This document shows positions 9,056-19,913 of a stretch of DNA of 64,000 nt, one piece after another (positions within the stretch are counted from its first letter, which is position 1; each line of letters begins with the position of its first letter). The translations under genes were made by a program, and so were the position numbers. This DNA is from Collinsella sp. Its GTDB lineage: Bacteria > Actinomycetota > Coriobacteriia > Coriobacteriales > Coriobacteriaceae. The stretch spans positions 15,973-79,972 of the forward strand of contig DBFOIV010000177.1 in assembly GCA_048489175.1 (NCBI GenBank). The letters run 5' to 3'. Below the pieces are notes generated by a model. The model had not been told where the DNA came from, did not search any database, and was given only the letters and a program-made list of their open reading frames with translations.

Positions 9056-10933
9056 TTGCGCGTTGCATACCAAGACTGTTTTCATTTAATTGAGCCGTTG
9101 CTCGCCAAGGTCGAGAAGCCGAGTCGCTATATCGATCACGAGTGGGGCACGCTTTCCAAGGCCGATGCCGACTACCGTTGCTGCCTGATCTACCCGGATG
9201 TGTACGAGGTTGGTCTGCCCAACCAGGGTATCGCCATCCTCTACAACATCCTTAACCAGGTCGAGGGCATCTCCTGCGAGCGTGGCTATGTGCCGTGGCC
9301 CGATATGGGTGACGCTATGCGCGAGGCAGGCATTCCGCTGCTCTCGCTCGAGGGTGCAGCGCCGGTCGCTTCGTTTGATATCGTCGGTCTGCATGTGCCG
9401 CACGAGATGGCGGTGACGAACTTCCTCGAGGCACTCGACCTCGCTGGCATTCCGCTGTTGGCGGCCGACCGAGGTGAAGACGACCCCATCATCATCGCCG
9501 GCGGCCCCTCGGTGTACAACCCCGAGCCGTATGCGGCCTTCTTCGATGCCATCCTCATCGGTGAGGGCGAGGAATCGCTGCTCGAGACCTGCCAGCTGCA
9601 TCGCCGCCTGCGTGACGAAGGGGTCCCGCGCGCGCAGATTGTCGAGCAGCTTGCATCCATTGCCGGCAACTACGTGCCGTCGCTCTATGAGGTTCGTCAC
9701 GACGAGCCCTGCTCGCCGCATGGCTACACCGTGCCGCGTGAAGGCAAGGGTGCGCCGACCGTGGTCTACAAGCGCGTCGTCGAGGATTTCGGCGCCACGA
9801 ATCCGCTGTCGCAGTCGTGCGTGCCCTATGCACAGCTGGTTCACGACCGCCTGTCTATCGAGATCCTGCGCGGCTGCGCCCGCGGCTGTCGTTTTTGCCA
9901 GGCCGGCATGACGTATCGCCCGGTGCGCGAGCGCTCGGCCGACCAGATCGTCTCGTCGGTGATTCAGGGTCTGGAAAAGACCGGCTATGACGAGGTGTCG
10001 CTGACCTCGCTCTCCACGACCGACCACTCCTGCATTCGCGACGTGCTCGGCAGGCTCAACCGTCGCCTGGAGGATACGGGTATTCGCGTGTCTATTCCGT
10101 CGCAGCGCCTGGATTCGTTTGGCGTGGATATGGCCGAGTCGGTCGCCGGCGAAAAGAAGGGCGGCCTGACGTTCGCGCCCGAGGCCGGCAGCCAGCGCAT
10201 GCGCGACATCATTAACAAGAACGTGACCGAGGAGGACCTGGACCGTGCGGCCAAGGCGGCCTTCGAGGCCGGCTGGAACCGCATGAAGCTCTACTTTATG
10301 ATGGGCCTTCCCGGCGAGCGCGACGAGGACATCGTGGCCATCGCCAATCTGGCCGATCACGTGCTGGAGCTCGGTCGTTCCGTGGTGCCCAAGGCTCGTC
10401 GCGGCTCGATCTCGGTGTCGATCTCGGTTTCGGTCTTTATCCCCAAGGCTGCCACGCCGTTCCAGTGGTGCCCGCAGCTCGACTACGACGACGTCAAGCG
10501 TCGCCAGAAGCTGCTCGTCACGAGCGTTCGCAACCGTGCCGTCCGCGTTCATTACCACGATGCCGAGACCTCGCTCATCGAGGCCGCGCTGTCCCGCGCC
10601 GGTCGTGACATGACGCCCGTCATCATCGATGCTTGGCGCTCGGGCTCTCGCTTTGACGCCTGGGTAGAGCATTTCTCACTCGAGAACTGGAAGGAGGCTG
10701 CTGCCAAAAACGGCATTGACCTCAATGAGCTCGTGCACCTGTCCTACGAGTTGGACTGGCGTCTGCCGTGGGAGCACGTGAGCCCCGGCTGCACGCGCGG
10801 CTTCCTCGAGCGCGAGTACCGTCGCTCGCTCGAGGGCGTCACGACTCCCGACTGCACCCGCACGTCGTGCACCGGCTGCGGAATCTGCCCCACGCTCCAC
10901 GCCAAGAATGTATTGATGGGTGATCGCGCATGA
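9056..10933 (+). CDS. B12-binding radical SAM protein (TIGR03960-like)
   Basis: VEKPSRY, YPDVYEVG, CARGCRFC (CxxxCxxC), TFAPEAGS and C-terminal CTRTSCTGCGIC. Confidence 0.9.
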   Translation: MRVAYQDCFHLIEPLLAKVEKPSRYIDHEWGTLSKADADYRCCLIYPDVYEVGLPNQGIAILYNILNQVEGISCERGYVPWPDMGDAMREAGIPLLSLEGAAPVASFDIVGLHVPHEMAVTNFLEALDLAGIPLLAADRGEDDPIIIAGGPSVYNPEPYAAFFDAILIGEGEESLLETCQLHRRLRDEGVPRAQIVEQLASIAGNYVPSLYEVRHDEPCSPHGYTVPREGKGAPTVVYKRVVEDFGATNPLSQSCVPYAQLVHDRLSIEILRGCARGCRFCQAGMTYRPVRERSADQIVSSVIQGLEKTGYDEVSLTSLSTTDHSCIRDVLGRLNRRLEDTGIRVSIPSQRLDSFGVDMAESVAGEKKGGLTFAPEAGSQRMRDIINKNVTEEDLDRAAKAAFEAGWNRMKLYFMMGLPGERDEDIVAIANLADHVLELGRSVVPKARRGSISVSISVSVFIPKAATPFQWCPQLDYDDVKRRQKLLVTSVRNRAVRVHYHDAETSLIEAALSRAGRDMTPVIIDAWRSGSRFDAWVEHFSLENWKEAAAKNGIDLNELVHLSYELDWRLPWEHVSPGCTRGFLEREYRRSLEGVTTPDCTRTSCTGCGICPTLHAKNVLMGDRA

Positions 10934-11742
10934 GTGAGCGCCTGACCGACAACCCCTCGCTCTTTAGGCTTCGTGTTCGCTATGGCAAGCGCGATCGCCT
11001 TAAGTACCTGGGCCATCTCGAAGTAATCCATACCATTGAGCGCATCGTGCGCCGTGCGGGACTTCCCTATGCCGTCACGCAGGGCTTCTCTCCGCACATG
11101 CGCGTGGGCTTCTCTTCGGCGCTGCCGGTGGGTACGTCGTCGACCTGCGAGTGGTATGACCTGTTTATGACCGAGTTCGTGGCGCTCGACGAGGCGTTTG
11201 GGCGCCTGGCTGCGGCGTCTCCGGCCGATCTGGCGCCCATTGAGGCGGCGTACATCGACGTGCGTACGCCGGCGTTGACGGCGCAGCTCACGCGCCTGTC
11301 GTATCGCATCGACTTGCACCTGGATCCCGAGGCGCCCGTAAGCGCCGACGAGGTGCGTCGTGCGATCGACACGCTGCGCGCGGGCCATGGCATCGACTAC
11401 GCGCGCGGAAAAAAGAGCAAGCGCTTGGATTTGGATCACACACTCGTGGGCTATGAGCTCACGGCGGGGGAGCGCCCGGACCATTTGATGCTCATGCTCG
11501 ACACCCATGCCGACAACGAGGGCTCCATGCGTCCGGAAATTTTGCTTTCTGCTGCTGATGTTTTGTTGCAGGGCTTGACCCCGGGCGTGGATGCACCTAT
11601 TGTTTCCACCGGTATGCAAGACCTCGTGACCATCTGCTCCTACGATGTCGAGCGTCAGAATCAAGCATGCGAGGACGACGAGGGCCGACTCGTCAGCCCC
11701 ATACCTGTGCGAACTTGTGGATTTGCTCCACATACTCGTTGA
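10930..11742 (+). CDS. Radical SAM-linked protein (TIGR03936/DUF2344-like)
   Basis: YLGHLE..ERIVRRAGLP...TQGFSPH..F.SALPVG; ATGA overlap with the radical SAM gene. Confidence 0.88.
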   Translation: MSERLTDNPSLFRLRVRYGKRDRLKYLGHLEVIHTIERIVRRAGLPYAVTQGFSPHMRVGFSSALPVGTSSTCEWYDLFMTEFVALDEAFGRLAAASPADLAPIEAAYIDVRTPALTAQLTRLSYRIDLHLDPEAPVSADEVRRAIDTLRAGHGIDYARGKKSKRLDLDHTLVGYELTAGERPDHLMLMLDTHADNEGSMRPEILLSAADVLLQGLTPGVDAPIVSTGMQDLVTICSYDVERQNQACEDDEGRLVSPIPVRTCGFAPHTR

Positions 11743-11767
11743 CGGGGGTATTTTCGCCTGCTACTAT
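11739..11767 (+). promoter_or_regulatory. Promoter of rplU-rpmA
   Basis: TTGACG (11739-11744), 17 nt, TACTAT (11762-11767) with TG extended -10. Confidence 0.65.
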
Positions 11768-11809
11768 ATTCGGCTGTTGCACTAACTGATGCATGAAGGG
11801 CAAGTAAAC

Positions 11810-12184
11810 ATGTACGCAATCGTTAACACGGGCGGCAAGCAGTACAAGGTCGCCACCGACGATGTCATCACCGTCGAGAAGATCGAGGGCAATGAGGGCG
11901 ACAAGGTCACCCTGCCGGTTATCTTCCTCAACGATGGTAAGAAGATCGTCACCGATCCCGACAAGCTGGCCAAGGCCAAGGTTACCGCTCAGATCGTTGA
12001 GCAGTTCAAGGGCGAGAAGCAGCTGGTCTTCAAGTTCCACAAGCGCAAGCGCTATCGTCGTCTGAAGGGTCACCGTCAGCAGCTCACCAAGCTGAAGATC
12101 GTGAAGGTTCAGGCTACCTCCCGCGCCAAGAAGGCTGTCAAGGCAGAGGCCGAGGCTGTTGCCGAGGCTCCCGTCGCCGAGTAG
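11810..12184 (+). CDS. rplU: 50S ribosomal protein L21
   Basis: MYAIVNTGGKQYKV...KGHRQ. Confidence 0.97.
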   Translation: MYAIVNTGGKQYKVATDDVITVEKIEGNEGDKVTLPVIFLNDGKKIVTDPDKLAKAKVTAQIVEQFKGEKQLVFKFHKRKRYRRLKGHRQQLTKLKIVKVQATSRAKKAVKAEAEAVAEAPVAE

Positions 12185-12217
12185 ATTACACTCGTAACGA
12201 AAGAGTAGGTATACACA

Positions 12218-12475
12218 ATGGCACACAAAAAAGGACTCGGTTCCTCCCGTAATGGCCGTGACTCCCGCGGTCAGCGCCTTGGCACGAAGCGCTATGCCGG
12301 CCAGACGGTAACCACGGGCACGATTCTCGTCCGTCAGCACGGCACGCACATCCACCCGGGTGAGAACGTTGGCCGTGGTAAGGACGACACGCTGTTCGCG
12401 CTGGTCGACGGTACCGTTGAGTTCCACAAGGGTATCAAGCACAGGGTCAGCGTACGCCCGCTCGCGAACGCGTAA
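12218..12475 (+). CDS. rpmA: 50S ribosomal protein L27
   Basis: [16 protein letters not shown]; short form with no N-terminal extension and no prp gene upstream. Confidence 0.98.
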   Translation: MAHKKGLGSSRNGRDSRGQRLGTKRYAGQTVTTGTILVRQHGTHIHPGENVGRGKDDTLFALVDGTVEFHKGIKHRVSVRPLANA

Positions 12476-12500
12476 TTCACCCTTCATAGAGCACATATGT

Positions 12501-12544
12501 GGGAGGCACTTGAGTTTTAGGATTCAAGGGTCTCCCTCTTTTTT
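12501..12544 (+). terminator. Intrinsic terminator after rpmA
   Basis: Imperfect stem GGGAGGCACTTGA...TCAAGGGTCTCCC followed by TCTTTTTT. Confidence 0.55.
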
Positions 12545-12548
12545 GTAG

Positions 12549-14027
<1,479 letters not shown>

Positions 14028-14030
14028 GCC

Positions 14031-14708
14031 ATGTCGCTGCGCGGTGGAATCGGTTTGCCCGAGCTTCCTCTAGAGGACGGGCAGGAGTTTAGGCTCGGCA
14101 TTATGGGTGGCACCTTTGATCCCATCCATTACGGGCACCTGGTGACCGCCGAGCAGGCGCGCGAGTCGCTCGACTTGGACGCTGTGCTCTTTATGCCGGC
14201 GGGCTCTCCTGCCTTTAAGCTTGACAAGCCGGTGACGCCTGCCGAGGACCGTTATGCCATGACGGTCCTCGCCACCGCTGCGAACCCGGCCTTTTTGGCG
14301 AGTCGGTTCGAGATTGACCGTCCGGGTGTAACCTATACGGCCGATACGCTTCATGCCCTTCGCGACTTTTACCCGCCGCAGGTAAAGCTCTACTTTATTA
14401 CGGGCGCCGACGCGATTATCGATATTGTTACCTGGCATGATGCCGAACGAATCGCTGAGCTTGCTACCTTTATTGCGGCGACACGACCGGGCTTTGATAT
14501 CGATACGGCGCGTGCCCGAATCAAAGAGTCGGGGCTGCCGTTCGACGTGCGCTATATTCAGATTCCGGCGCTGGCGATCAGCTCGACGAACATTCGTAAG
14601 CGAGTTGCTCGCGGTATGAGCGTGCGCTATCTTACGAGCGAGTCCGTGCTCGGCTACATTCGCAAACGCAGGCTATATGCCGATTTGGGCCAAGAAGATT
14701 TTGAGTGA
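14031..14708 (+). CDS. nadD: Nicotinate-nucleotide adenylyltransferase
   Basis: GIMGGTFDPIHYGHL, FITGAD and ISSTNIR. Confidence 0.95.
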   Translation: MSLRGGIGLPELPLEDGQEFRLGIMGGTFDPIHYGHLVTAEQARESLDLDAVLFMPAGSPAFKLDKPVTPAEDRYAMTVLATAANPAFLASRFEIDRPGVTYTADTLHALRDFYPPQVKLYFITGADAIIDIVTWHDAERIAELATFIAATRPGFDIDTARARIKESGLPFDVRYIQIPALAISSTNIRKRVARGMSVRYLTSESVLGYIRKRRLYADLGQEDFE

Positions 14709-14720
14709 TGGGGGTCTACG

Positions 14721-15329
14721 TTGTCGGTAGAGGATCAGTTTGAGGGCGATGAGCGCGCGCTGCTCAAGCGCATTCAAGAGCTGCTCGATGTTCGCATGAA
14801 GGATAAGCGCAAGCGCTATGTGCATTCGCTGGGTGTTGCCGAGACCGCACTTCATTTGGCCGAGGTCTACGGCGTTGACCGCTTTGATGCCGCTGCCGCC
14901 GGCCTGATCCATGACTGGGACAAAGTGCTCTCCGACGACGAGCTGGTCACGCGCGCTCTGCATTACGGCATTAAGATTGCCGGCTCTCCTTCCGCCGCGA
15001 CGCCGCTTTTGCATGGCCCTGTTGCCGCCTATGAGCTTGCGCAGCTTTTTCCCGAGCTGTCGCCGGCCGTTTTCCAGGCTGTCGACCGTCACACCGTGGG
15101 TGCCTGCGACATGACGCCGCTCGATATGGTGGTCTTTGTGGCCGATGCCATCGAGCCCAACCGCCACGGCGACTATGCGCATGCGCTGCGCAAGATGGTG
15201 GGGGAGTCGACGCTCGTTGAGTTGTTCTTCTCCTGTTTTGCGCAGGGTTTGGTCTATGTGATCCAGTCCGGGCGCTATCTTTATCCCACAGCTATTACGA
15301 TTTACAACCATTACGCCCAGCTGCGCTAG
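14721..15329 (+). CDS. yqeK: HD-domain Ap4A hydrolase YqeK
   Basis: RYVHSLGV, LIHD, LHG, HT and ADAIEP.R; between nadD and rsfS. Confidence 0.85.
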   Translation: MSVEDQFEGDERALLKRIQELLDVRMKDKRKRYVHSLGVAETALHLAEVYGVDRFDAAAAGLIHDWDKVLSDDELVTRALHYGIKIAGSPSAATPLLHGPVAAYELAQLFPELSPAVFQAVDRHTVGACDMTPLDMVVFVADAIEPNRHGDYAHALRKMVGESTLVELFFSCFAQGLVYVIQSGRYLYPTAITIYNHYAQLR

Positions 15330-15356
15330 CTCGGGCTGTCTAGAAAGAGGTATTCC

Positions 15357-15812
15357 ATGGCCGAAGAGACCATGACCGACGAGCAGATTCTTGAAGGTGT
15401 GGAGCACAAGAGCTTCGTCGCCACGTCCGACCGCACTGCCGCCTCGCTGTCCGCGAGCGGTGTCGCCGCCGAGGATGTCGCCCGCGCCGCCGCGCAGGCC
15501 GCCTACGACAAGAAGGGCGAGGACGTTCAGGTGCTCGACCTGACCGAGCTTTCCGACGTATGCGACTACTTTGTGCTTGCCACCGGTACCAACAACCGCC
15601 AGGTCGATTCTATCGTCGATGAGATCGAGGAGAAGGTCGCCGAGGCTTGCGGCGAGCACCCGTTCTCCATCGAGGGTCGCGAGCAGAAGACCTGGATGCT
15701 CATGGACTATGGTTCGGTTGTCGTCCACGTCTTCACTCCCGAAGCCCGCGACTTCTACCGCCTCGAGAAACTCTGGGGAGACGCCCCCCAGCTCCCCCTC
15801 AACCTCCTCTAG
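15357..15812 (+). CDS. rsfS: Ribosome silencing factor RsfS
   Basis: DKKGED, DYFVLATG, W.LMDYG.VVVHVF and RDFYRLEKLW. Confidence 0.95.
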   Translation: MAEETMTDEQILEGVEHKSFVATSDRTAASLSASGVAAEDVARAAAQAAYDKKGEDVQVLDLTELSDVCDYFVLATGTNNRQVDSIVDEIEEKVAEACGEHPFSIEGREQKTWMLMDYGSVVVHVFTPEARDFYRLEKLWGDAPQLPLNLL

Positions 15813-15853
15813 TAGCTCATTTGAGACGGGGTTTAGCTACCCTCACGCATATC

Positions 15854-15897
15854 GCCGGGCAGTTGCGGTTTTCCGCACCTGCCCGGCTTTCTTTTTG
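15854..15897 (+). terminator. Intrinsic terminator between convergent rsfS and dinB
   Basis: GCCGGGCAGTTGCGG-TTTT-CCGCACCTGCCCGGC then TTTCTTTT. Confidence 0.75.
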
Positions 15898-15908
15898 CCC
15901 AAAGGCGG

Positions 15909-17162
15909 TTAATCGTTGAAGCGGGATTGGCGGCCGAAGGAAAGGGCGGTGTCGCCGAATTTGTCTCGGACGGCGTCGATGGCGACGGAGAGGTCGCGGC
16001 GGTCGCTGGATTGGGCTCCGCGGTCATCGATCTCGCAGAACAGGTCAGTCTGGATGCCGCCTTGGTGGTCGAAGTCGCTCATGCCGATGCCCGCTAAGCG
16101 AACATGCATGCCATCCTGCCAGATGTTGTCGAGCAGTTCGAGTGCAACCGCCACGAAGATGTTCTCATCGTCGGTCGGATGAGGCAGCCGGCGCTGTGCC
16201 GTACGCCCGCTGCCATACGAATACTTAAGCTTGAGCGTTACTGTGGCACCCGTCAGCCCCTGACGGCGCAGGCGGCGTCCCACTGACTCCCCCAACAGCG
16301 CAATCGCCGCCTCAATATCCCCACGCTCAGTCAAATCTTTCGCAAAGGTGCGTTCATTGCTGACCGACTTGACCTCGCGCTCTTCATCGAGACTTGTGAC
16401 TTCAGAGATTTCGAGTCCCAGCGCACGCTGGCGCATGCGTTCGCCGTTGACGCCAAAAATAGAGGACAAGGTGGATTCCGGTGCACGTGATAGCTCGCCG
16501 AGGGTGTAGATGCGCATGCGGCGCAGTCGCTCCTCGGCCGAGCGCCCGATGCCGCTCATGGCAGATACCGGCAGCGCGGCCAAAAAGCGCTGCTCGGTTC
16601 CGGGGCGCACAATCGTCAATCCAAACGGCTTGTCACGCTCGCTTGCGATCTTTGCGACCGTCTTGTTGCAGCCCACGCCAATGGAACAGGTCACTCCCAG
16701 CCCTGCCACGCGGTCGCTTATTCGTCGCGCAACCAGCAGCGGGTCTTCGGGCGCAAAGCGACCCGGTGTGATATCGATAAAGGCTTCGTCGATGGATACG
16801 CGCTCCACGCGCGGCGTCTCCTCGGCAAGAATCGCCATGACCTGCGCGCTGACCTCACGATAGCGATCAAAATGCCCATGCGTCCAAATGGCTTGCGGGC
16901 ACAAGCGCCGCGCCTCGGCCGAGGCCATGGCAGAGTGCACGCCAAAGCGACGTGCCTCATACGAACACGTGGACACGACGCCGCGCGAATCGGCGTCTCC
17001 GCCCACGATGAGCGGCTTTCCGCGCCATTCGGGATGATCGAGCATTTCCACGCTCGCAAAAAACGCATCGAGGTCCATGAGTCCCACCGCCGGACCCGTC
17101 CAGGGAGGCGGCGTGACGCCCATGGCATCCTCATAACCGTATGTATGTTCGCGTCTTTCCAT
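15909..17162 (-). CDS. dinB: DNA polymerase IV (Y family)
   Basis: DLDAFFASVE, CSYEAR, SIDEAF and NKTVAKIAS...KP motifs; alternative start at ATG 17123. Confidence 0.95.
   Translation of the reverse strand: MERREHTYGYEDAMGVTPPPWTGPAVGLMDLDAFFASVEMLDHPEWRGKPLIVGGDADSRGVVSTCSYEARRFGVHSAMASAEARRLCPQAIWTHGHFDRYREVSAQVMAILAEETPRVERVSIDEAFIDITPGRFAPEDPLLVARRISDRVAGLGVTCSIGVGCNKTVAKIASERDKPFGLTIVRPGTEQRFLAALPVSAMSGIGRSAEERLRRMRIYTLGELSRAPESTLSSIFGVNGERMRQRALGLEISEVTSLDEEREVKSVSNERTFAKDLTERGDIEAAIALLGESVGRRLRRQGLTGATVTLKLKYSYGSGRTAQRRLPHPTDDENIFVAVALELLDNIWQDGMHVRLAGIGMSDFDHQGGIQTDLFCEIDDRGAQSSDRRDLSVAIDAVRDKFGDTALSFGRQSRFND
17138..17151 (-). promoter_or_regulatory. Putative LexA (SOS) box at the dinB start
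   Basis: Minus strand CGAAC-ATAC-ATACG versus Gram-positive consensus CGAAC-N4-GTTCG (2 mismatches), just downstream of TATACT -10 at 17174-17169. Confidence 0.55.
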
Positions 17163-17363
17163 GTCATGAGTATACCGCGCAGCTCATGTGGGGTGCGTGT
17201 ATGTGCTTGCAAATCCCGAATTCTTGTCTAAGATATGGATTTGCCCTCGACTACACCGAAGAAGTTGGTCTCACGGACTTCACCTGCCCGCGTCGATGGC
17301 GTATTATGTTCAACTGTTTGTTTGTAGTTGCAGCCTAAAGCTGCTTGGTTGGAGGAGTTTCCT

Positions 17364-17705
17364 TTGGCAGTCAAGATTCGCCTTGCTCGTCACGGCGCTA
17401 AGAAGCGTCCGTACTACCGTGTCGTCGTCGCCGATTCCCGCGCCCCGCGTGACGGTCGTATCATCGAGGAGGTTGGCCGCTACAACCCGATGACCGCCCC
17501 CAAGACCATCAACCTCGACCTCGAGAAGATTGCCGACTGGCAGTCCAAGGGCGCTCAGCTCACCGACGCCGTCGCCGCTCTGGTCAAGGCCGCCAACGAG
17601 GGCGAGAAGACCGAGACCGTCGTCAAGAAGTCCAAGAAGCAGCTCGCTAAAGAGGCCGAGGCCGCTAAGGCTGCCGCTGAGGCCGCTGAGGGCGCCGAGG
17701 AGTAA
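17364..17705 (+). CDS. rpsP: 30S ribosomal protein S16
   Basis: TTG start after [25 protein letters not shown]. Confidence 0.97.
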   Translation: MAVKIRLARHGAKKRPYYRVVVADSRAPRDGRIIEEVGRYNPMTAPKTINLDLEKIADWQSKGAQLTDAVAALVKAANEGEKTETVVKKSKKQLAKEAEAAKAAAEAAEGAEE

Positions 17706-17708
17706 ATC

Positions 17709-17993
17709 GTGCCTGAGGTTGACGCTGCACAGCTCGAGGGTGAGGCAATGCTCTCAGATCGCATCGCCGATCTCGTCGAATATCTCGTTGTTCAGATCGT
17801 CGACGACCCGGATTCCGTGAGCCTTGAGGTCATCGATGGTGACGACGCCTCTACGATTGAGGTTTCGGTCGCCGAGGATGACGTCGCTAAGGTCATCGGC
17901 CGTCGTGGCCGTACCATCAAGGCCATTCGCACGCTCGCCCGTGCGCTGGCCGCTCGCCTCGACACTGCTGTCGAGGTAGAGGTTCTGGGCTAG
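17709..17993 (+). CDS. khpA: KH-domain RNA-binding protein KhpA
   Basis: LV..IVDDPD.V and KVIGRRGRTIKAIR; between rpsP and rimM; start may be ATG 17748. Confidence 0.88.
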   Translation: MPEVDAAQLEGEAMLSDRIADLVEYLVVQIVDDPDSVSLEVIDGDDASTIEVSVAEDDVAKVIGRRGRTIKAIRTLARALAARLDTAVEVEVLG

Positions 17994-17997
17994 GACC

Positions 17998-18519
17998 TTG
18001 AGGTCCCAGTACAAAAACATCGCCCGTGTTGTCAAGCCGCACGGAAGGAAGGGGGAGGTCCTCGCGCAGCCGCTGCGGGGGCTTCCTTCTGTATTAGAGC
18101 CGGGTATGCGCGTCGCCCTGACGCCGCCGGCGTTCAAGCGCGACCGCTTTTGCACGGTCGTGTCCGTCACCGATACGGGCGATGGCGATCTGGTCTCGTT
18201 TGAGGGCATTGACGACTTGACGGCTGCCGAGGGCATCACGGGATGCTACGTGCTAGCAAATCGTGACGACTTTGAGCTCGATTCGCTCGACGCTGCCTAT
18301 ACCGACCTGATGGGTCGCGAGGTGGTCGACGAGCGCTTCGGTTTGCTCGGCACGATCGTCGAGATCATGTCGACGCCCGCTAACGATGTTTGGGTTGTTG
18401 AGGGCGATCGGTACGGCGAGGTACTGATTCCCGTGATCGAGCAGGTCGTGCTCGATCTTCCCGACACAGGAACAATTTCCGTCCACGTTATGGACGGCCT
18501 GATCGATATGGACAAGTAG
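17998..18519 (+). CDS. rimM: Ribosome maturation factor RimM
   Basis: VKPHGRKGEV, ANDVWVV and LIP; synteny. Confidence 0.9.
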   Translation: MRSQYKNIARVVKPHGRKGEVLAQPLRGLPSVLEPGMRVALTPPAFKRDRFCTVVSVTDTGDGDLVSFEGIDDLTAAEGITGCYVLANRDDFELDSLDAAYTDLMGREVVDERFGLLGTIVEIMSTPANDVWVVEGDRYGEVLIPVIEQVVLDLPDTGTISVHVMDGLIDMDK

Positions 18520-18529
18520 GGAGGACAAC

Positions 18530-19288
18530 ATGCTGATCGAGACCCTTTCGGTCTTTCCCGAGATGTTTGAGCCCGTCATGTCCACATCGATTTTGGGCCG
18601 CGCCCGCAAGGCCGGCCTTTTTGAGTTTAAGGCGTATAACCTGCGCGACTGGACGCACGACCGCCATCGTACCGTCGATGACGAGCCGTACGGCGGCGGG
18701 CAGGGCATGCTCATGAAGGTCGAGCCTATCGCAGAGGCCATCGAGGCCATTAGCGCAGAGGGTCCCAAGCCCACGGTTGTGTTCTTCACCCCCTGTGGCG
18801 AGCCCTTTACGCAGCATGTGGCCGAGCGCCTGCTCAAAAGTGAGCGCCTGCTGTTTGTGTGCAGTCGCTACGAGGGCGTCGACGAGCGCGCGTATGCGTA
18901 TGCCGATGAGCGTCTGTCGATCGGCGACTACGTGCTCACGGGCGGCGAGCTTCCCGCTATGGTCGTTGCCGATGCCGTCGTACGCCTGATTCCCGGCGCC
19001 CTGGGCGACGAGATGAGCAACGTCGACGAGTCGTTCTCCACCGCCGAGGACGGAGGACTGCTCGAGTACGCGCAGTACACCCGCCCCGCCGAGTTCAACG
19101 GCGAGGGCGTGCCGCCGGTGCTCGTGAGTGGCGATCACGCCAAGGTCGATGCCTGGCGCCGCAAGAACGCCATCGAGCGCACCTGCCGCTGGCGTCCCGA
19201 TCTGATTGAGACGGCGCGCCTTACGCCCCAGGAGCGTGCGTACGCGCAGGAGATTTTGGACGCTTCGTATTCGCAGAGCGAGGAGTGA
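18530..19288 (+). CDS. trmD: tRNA (guanine37-N1)-methyltransferase
   Basis: VDDEPYGGGQGM, RYEGVDER and SIGDYVLTGGE. Confidence 0.97.
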   Translation: MLIETLSVFPEMFEPVMSTSILGRARKAGLFEFKAYNLRDWTHDRHRTVDDEPYGGGQGMLMKVEPIAEAIEAISAEGPKPTVVFFTPCGEPFTQHVAERLLKSERLLFVCSRYEGVDERAYAYADERLSIGDYVLTGGELPAMVVADAVVRLIPGALGDEMSNVDESFSTAEDGGLLEYAQYTRPAEFNGEGVPPVLVSGDHAKVDAWRRKNAIERTCRWRPDLIETARLTPQERAYAQEILDASYSQSEE

Positions 19289-19854
19289 GAATGGTTCCAT
19301 CGCAGCATTCCGCGTTGAGGGGCGCTTTTGAGTGGATCGCGGTCATCGCGATCGCATTGGTCGCCACCTTCTTGATTCGCTCGTTTGTGGTCGAGCCCTT
19401 TGTGGTGCCCACCGGCTCCATGGAGTCCACGATCGAGATTGGCGACCAGATCCTGGCACAAAAGGTGAGCCTCGAGCTCGGTCAGCCCGTCAAGCAGGGC
19501 GATATCGTGGTGTTTCACAACCCCGATGGCACCTCCGAGCATGATGTTCTTGTCAAGCGTGTTATTGCCACGGCCGGCCAGACGGTCGACCTGCAGGATG
19601 GCAAGGTGGTCGTTGACGGCCAAGCGCTCGACGAGGACTATACGACGGGCATGAGCTGGCCACTTTCGGTCCAAGCGCCCGGTGCTCAGGTAAGCTATCC
19701 CTACACCGTTCCCGACGGGTGCGTGTGGGTGATGGGCGACAACCGCGAAAACTCTGCCGACTCACGCTACTTTGGTCCCGTCGATCGCTCTGATTTGATC
19801 GCTGTGGCGCTTGTGCGCTACTGGCCGCTCAACCGCATCGGCGCTATCGACTAA
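19285..19854 (+). CDS. lepB: Signal peptidase I
   Basis: PTGSMEST (catalytic Ser), LVKRV (Lys) and GDNRENSADSR. Confidence 0.93.
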   Translation: MRMVPSQHSALRGAFEWIAVIAIALVATFLIRSFVVEPFVVPTGSMESTIEIGDQILAQKVSLELGQPVKQGDIVVFHNPDGTSEHDVLVKRVIATAGQTVDLQDGKVVVDGQALDEDYTTGMSWPLSVQAPGAQVSYPYTVPDGCVWVMGDNRENSADSRYFGPVDRSDLIAVALVRYWPLNRIGAID

Positions 19855-19913
19855 AAACCGCTATAGTACAGTACCTAACCGTGTAATCGTTTCGACGAGG
19901 GGATATTAGAGGC

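Noticed and set aside
19855..19913. T-box riboswitch upstream of glyQ (also considered for proS)
   Set aside because: The intergenic space is only 59 bp (0 bp for proS), with no T-box consensus.
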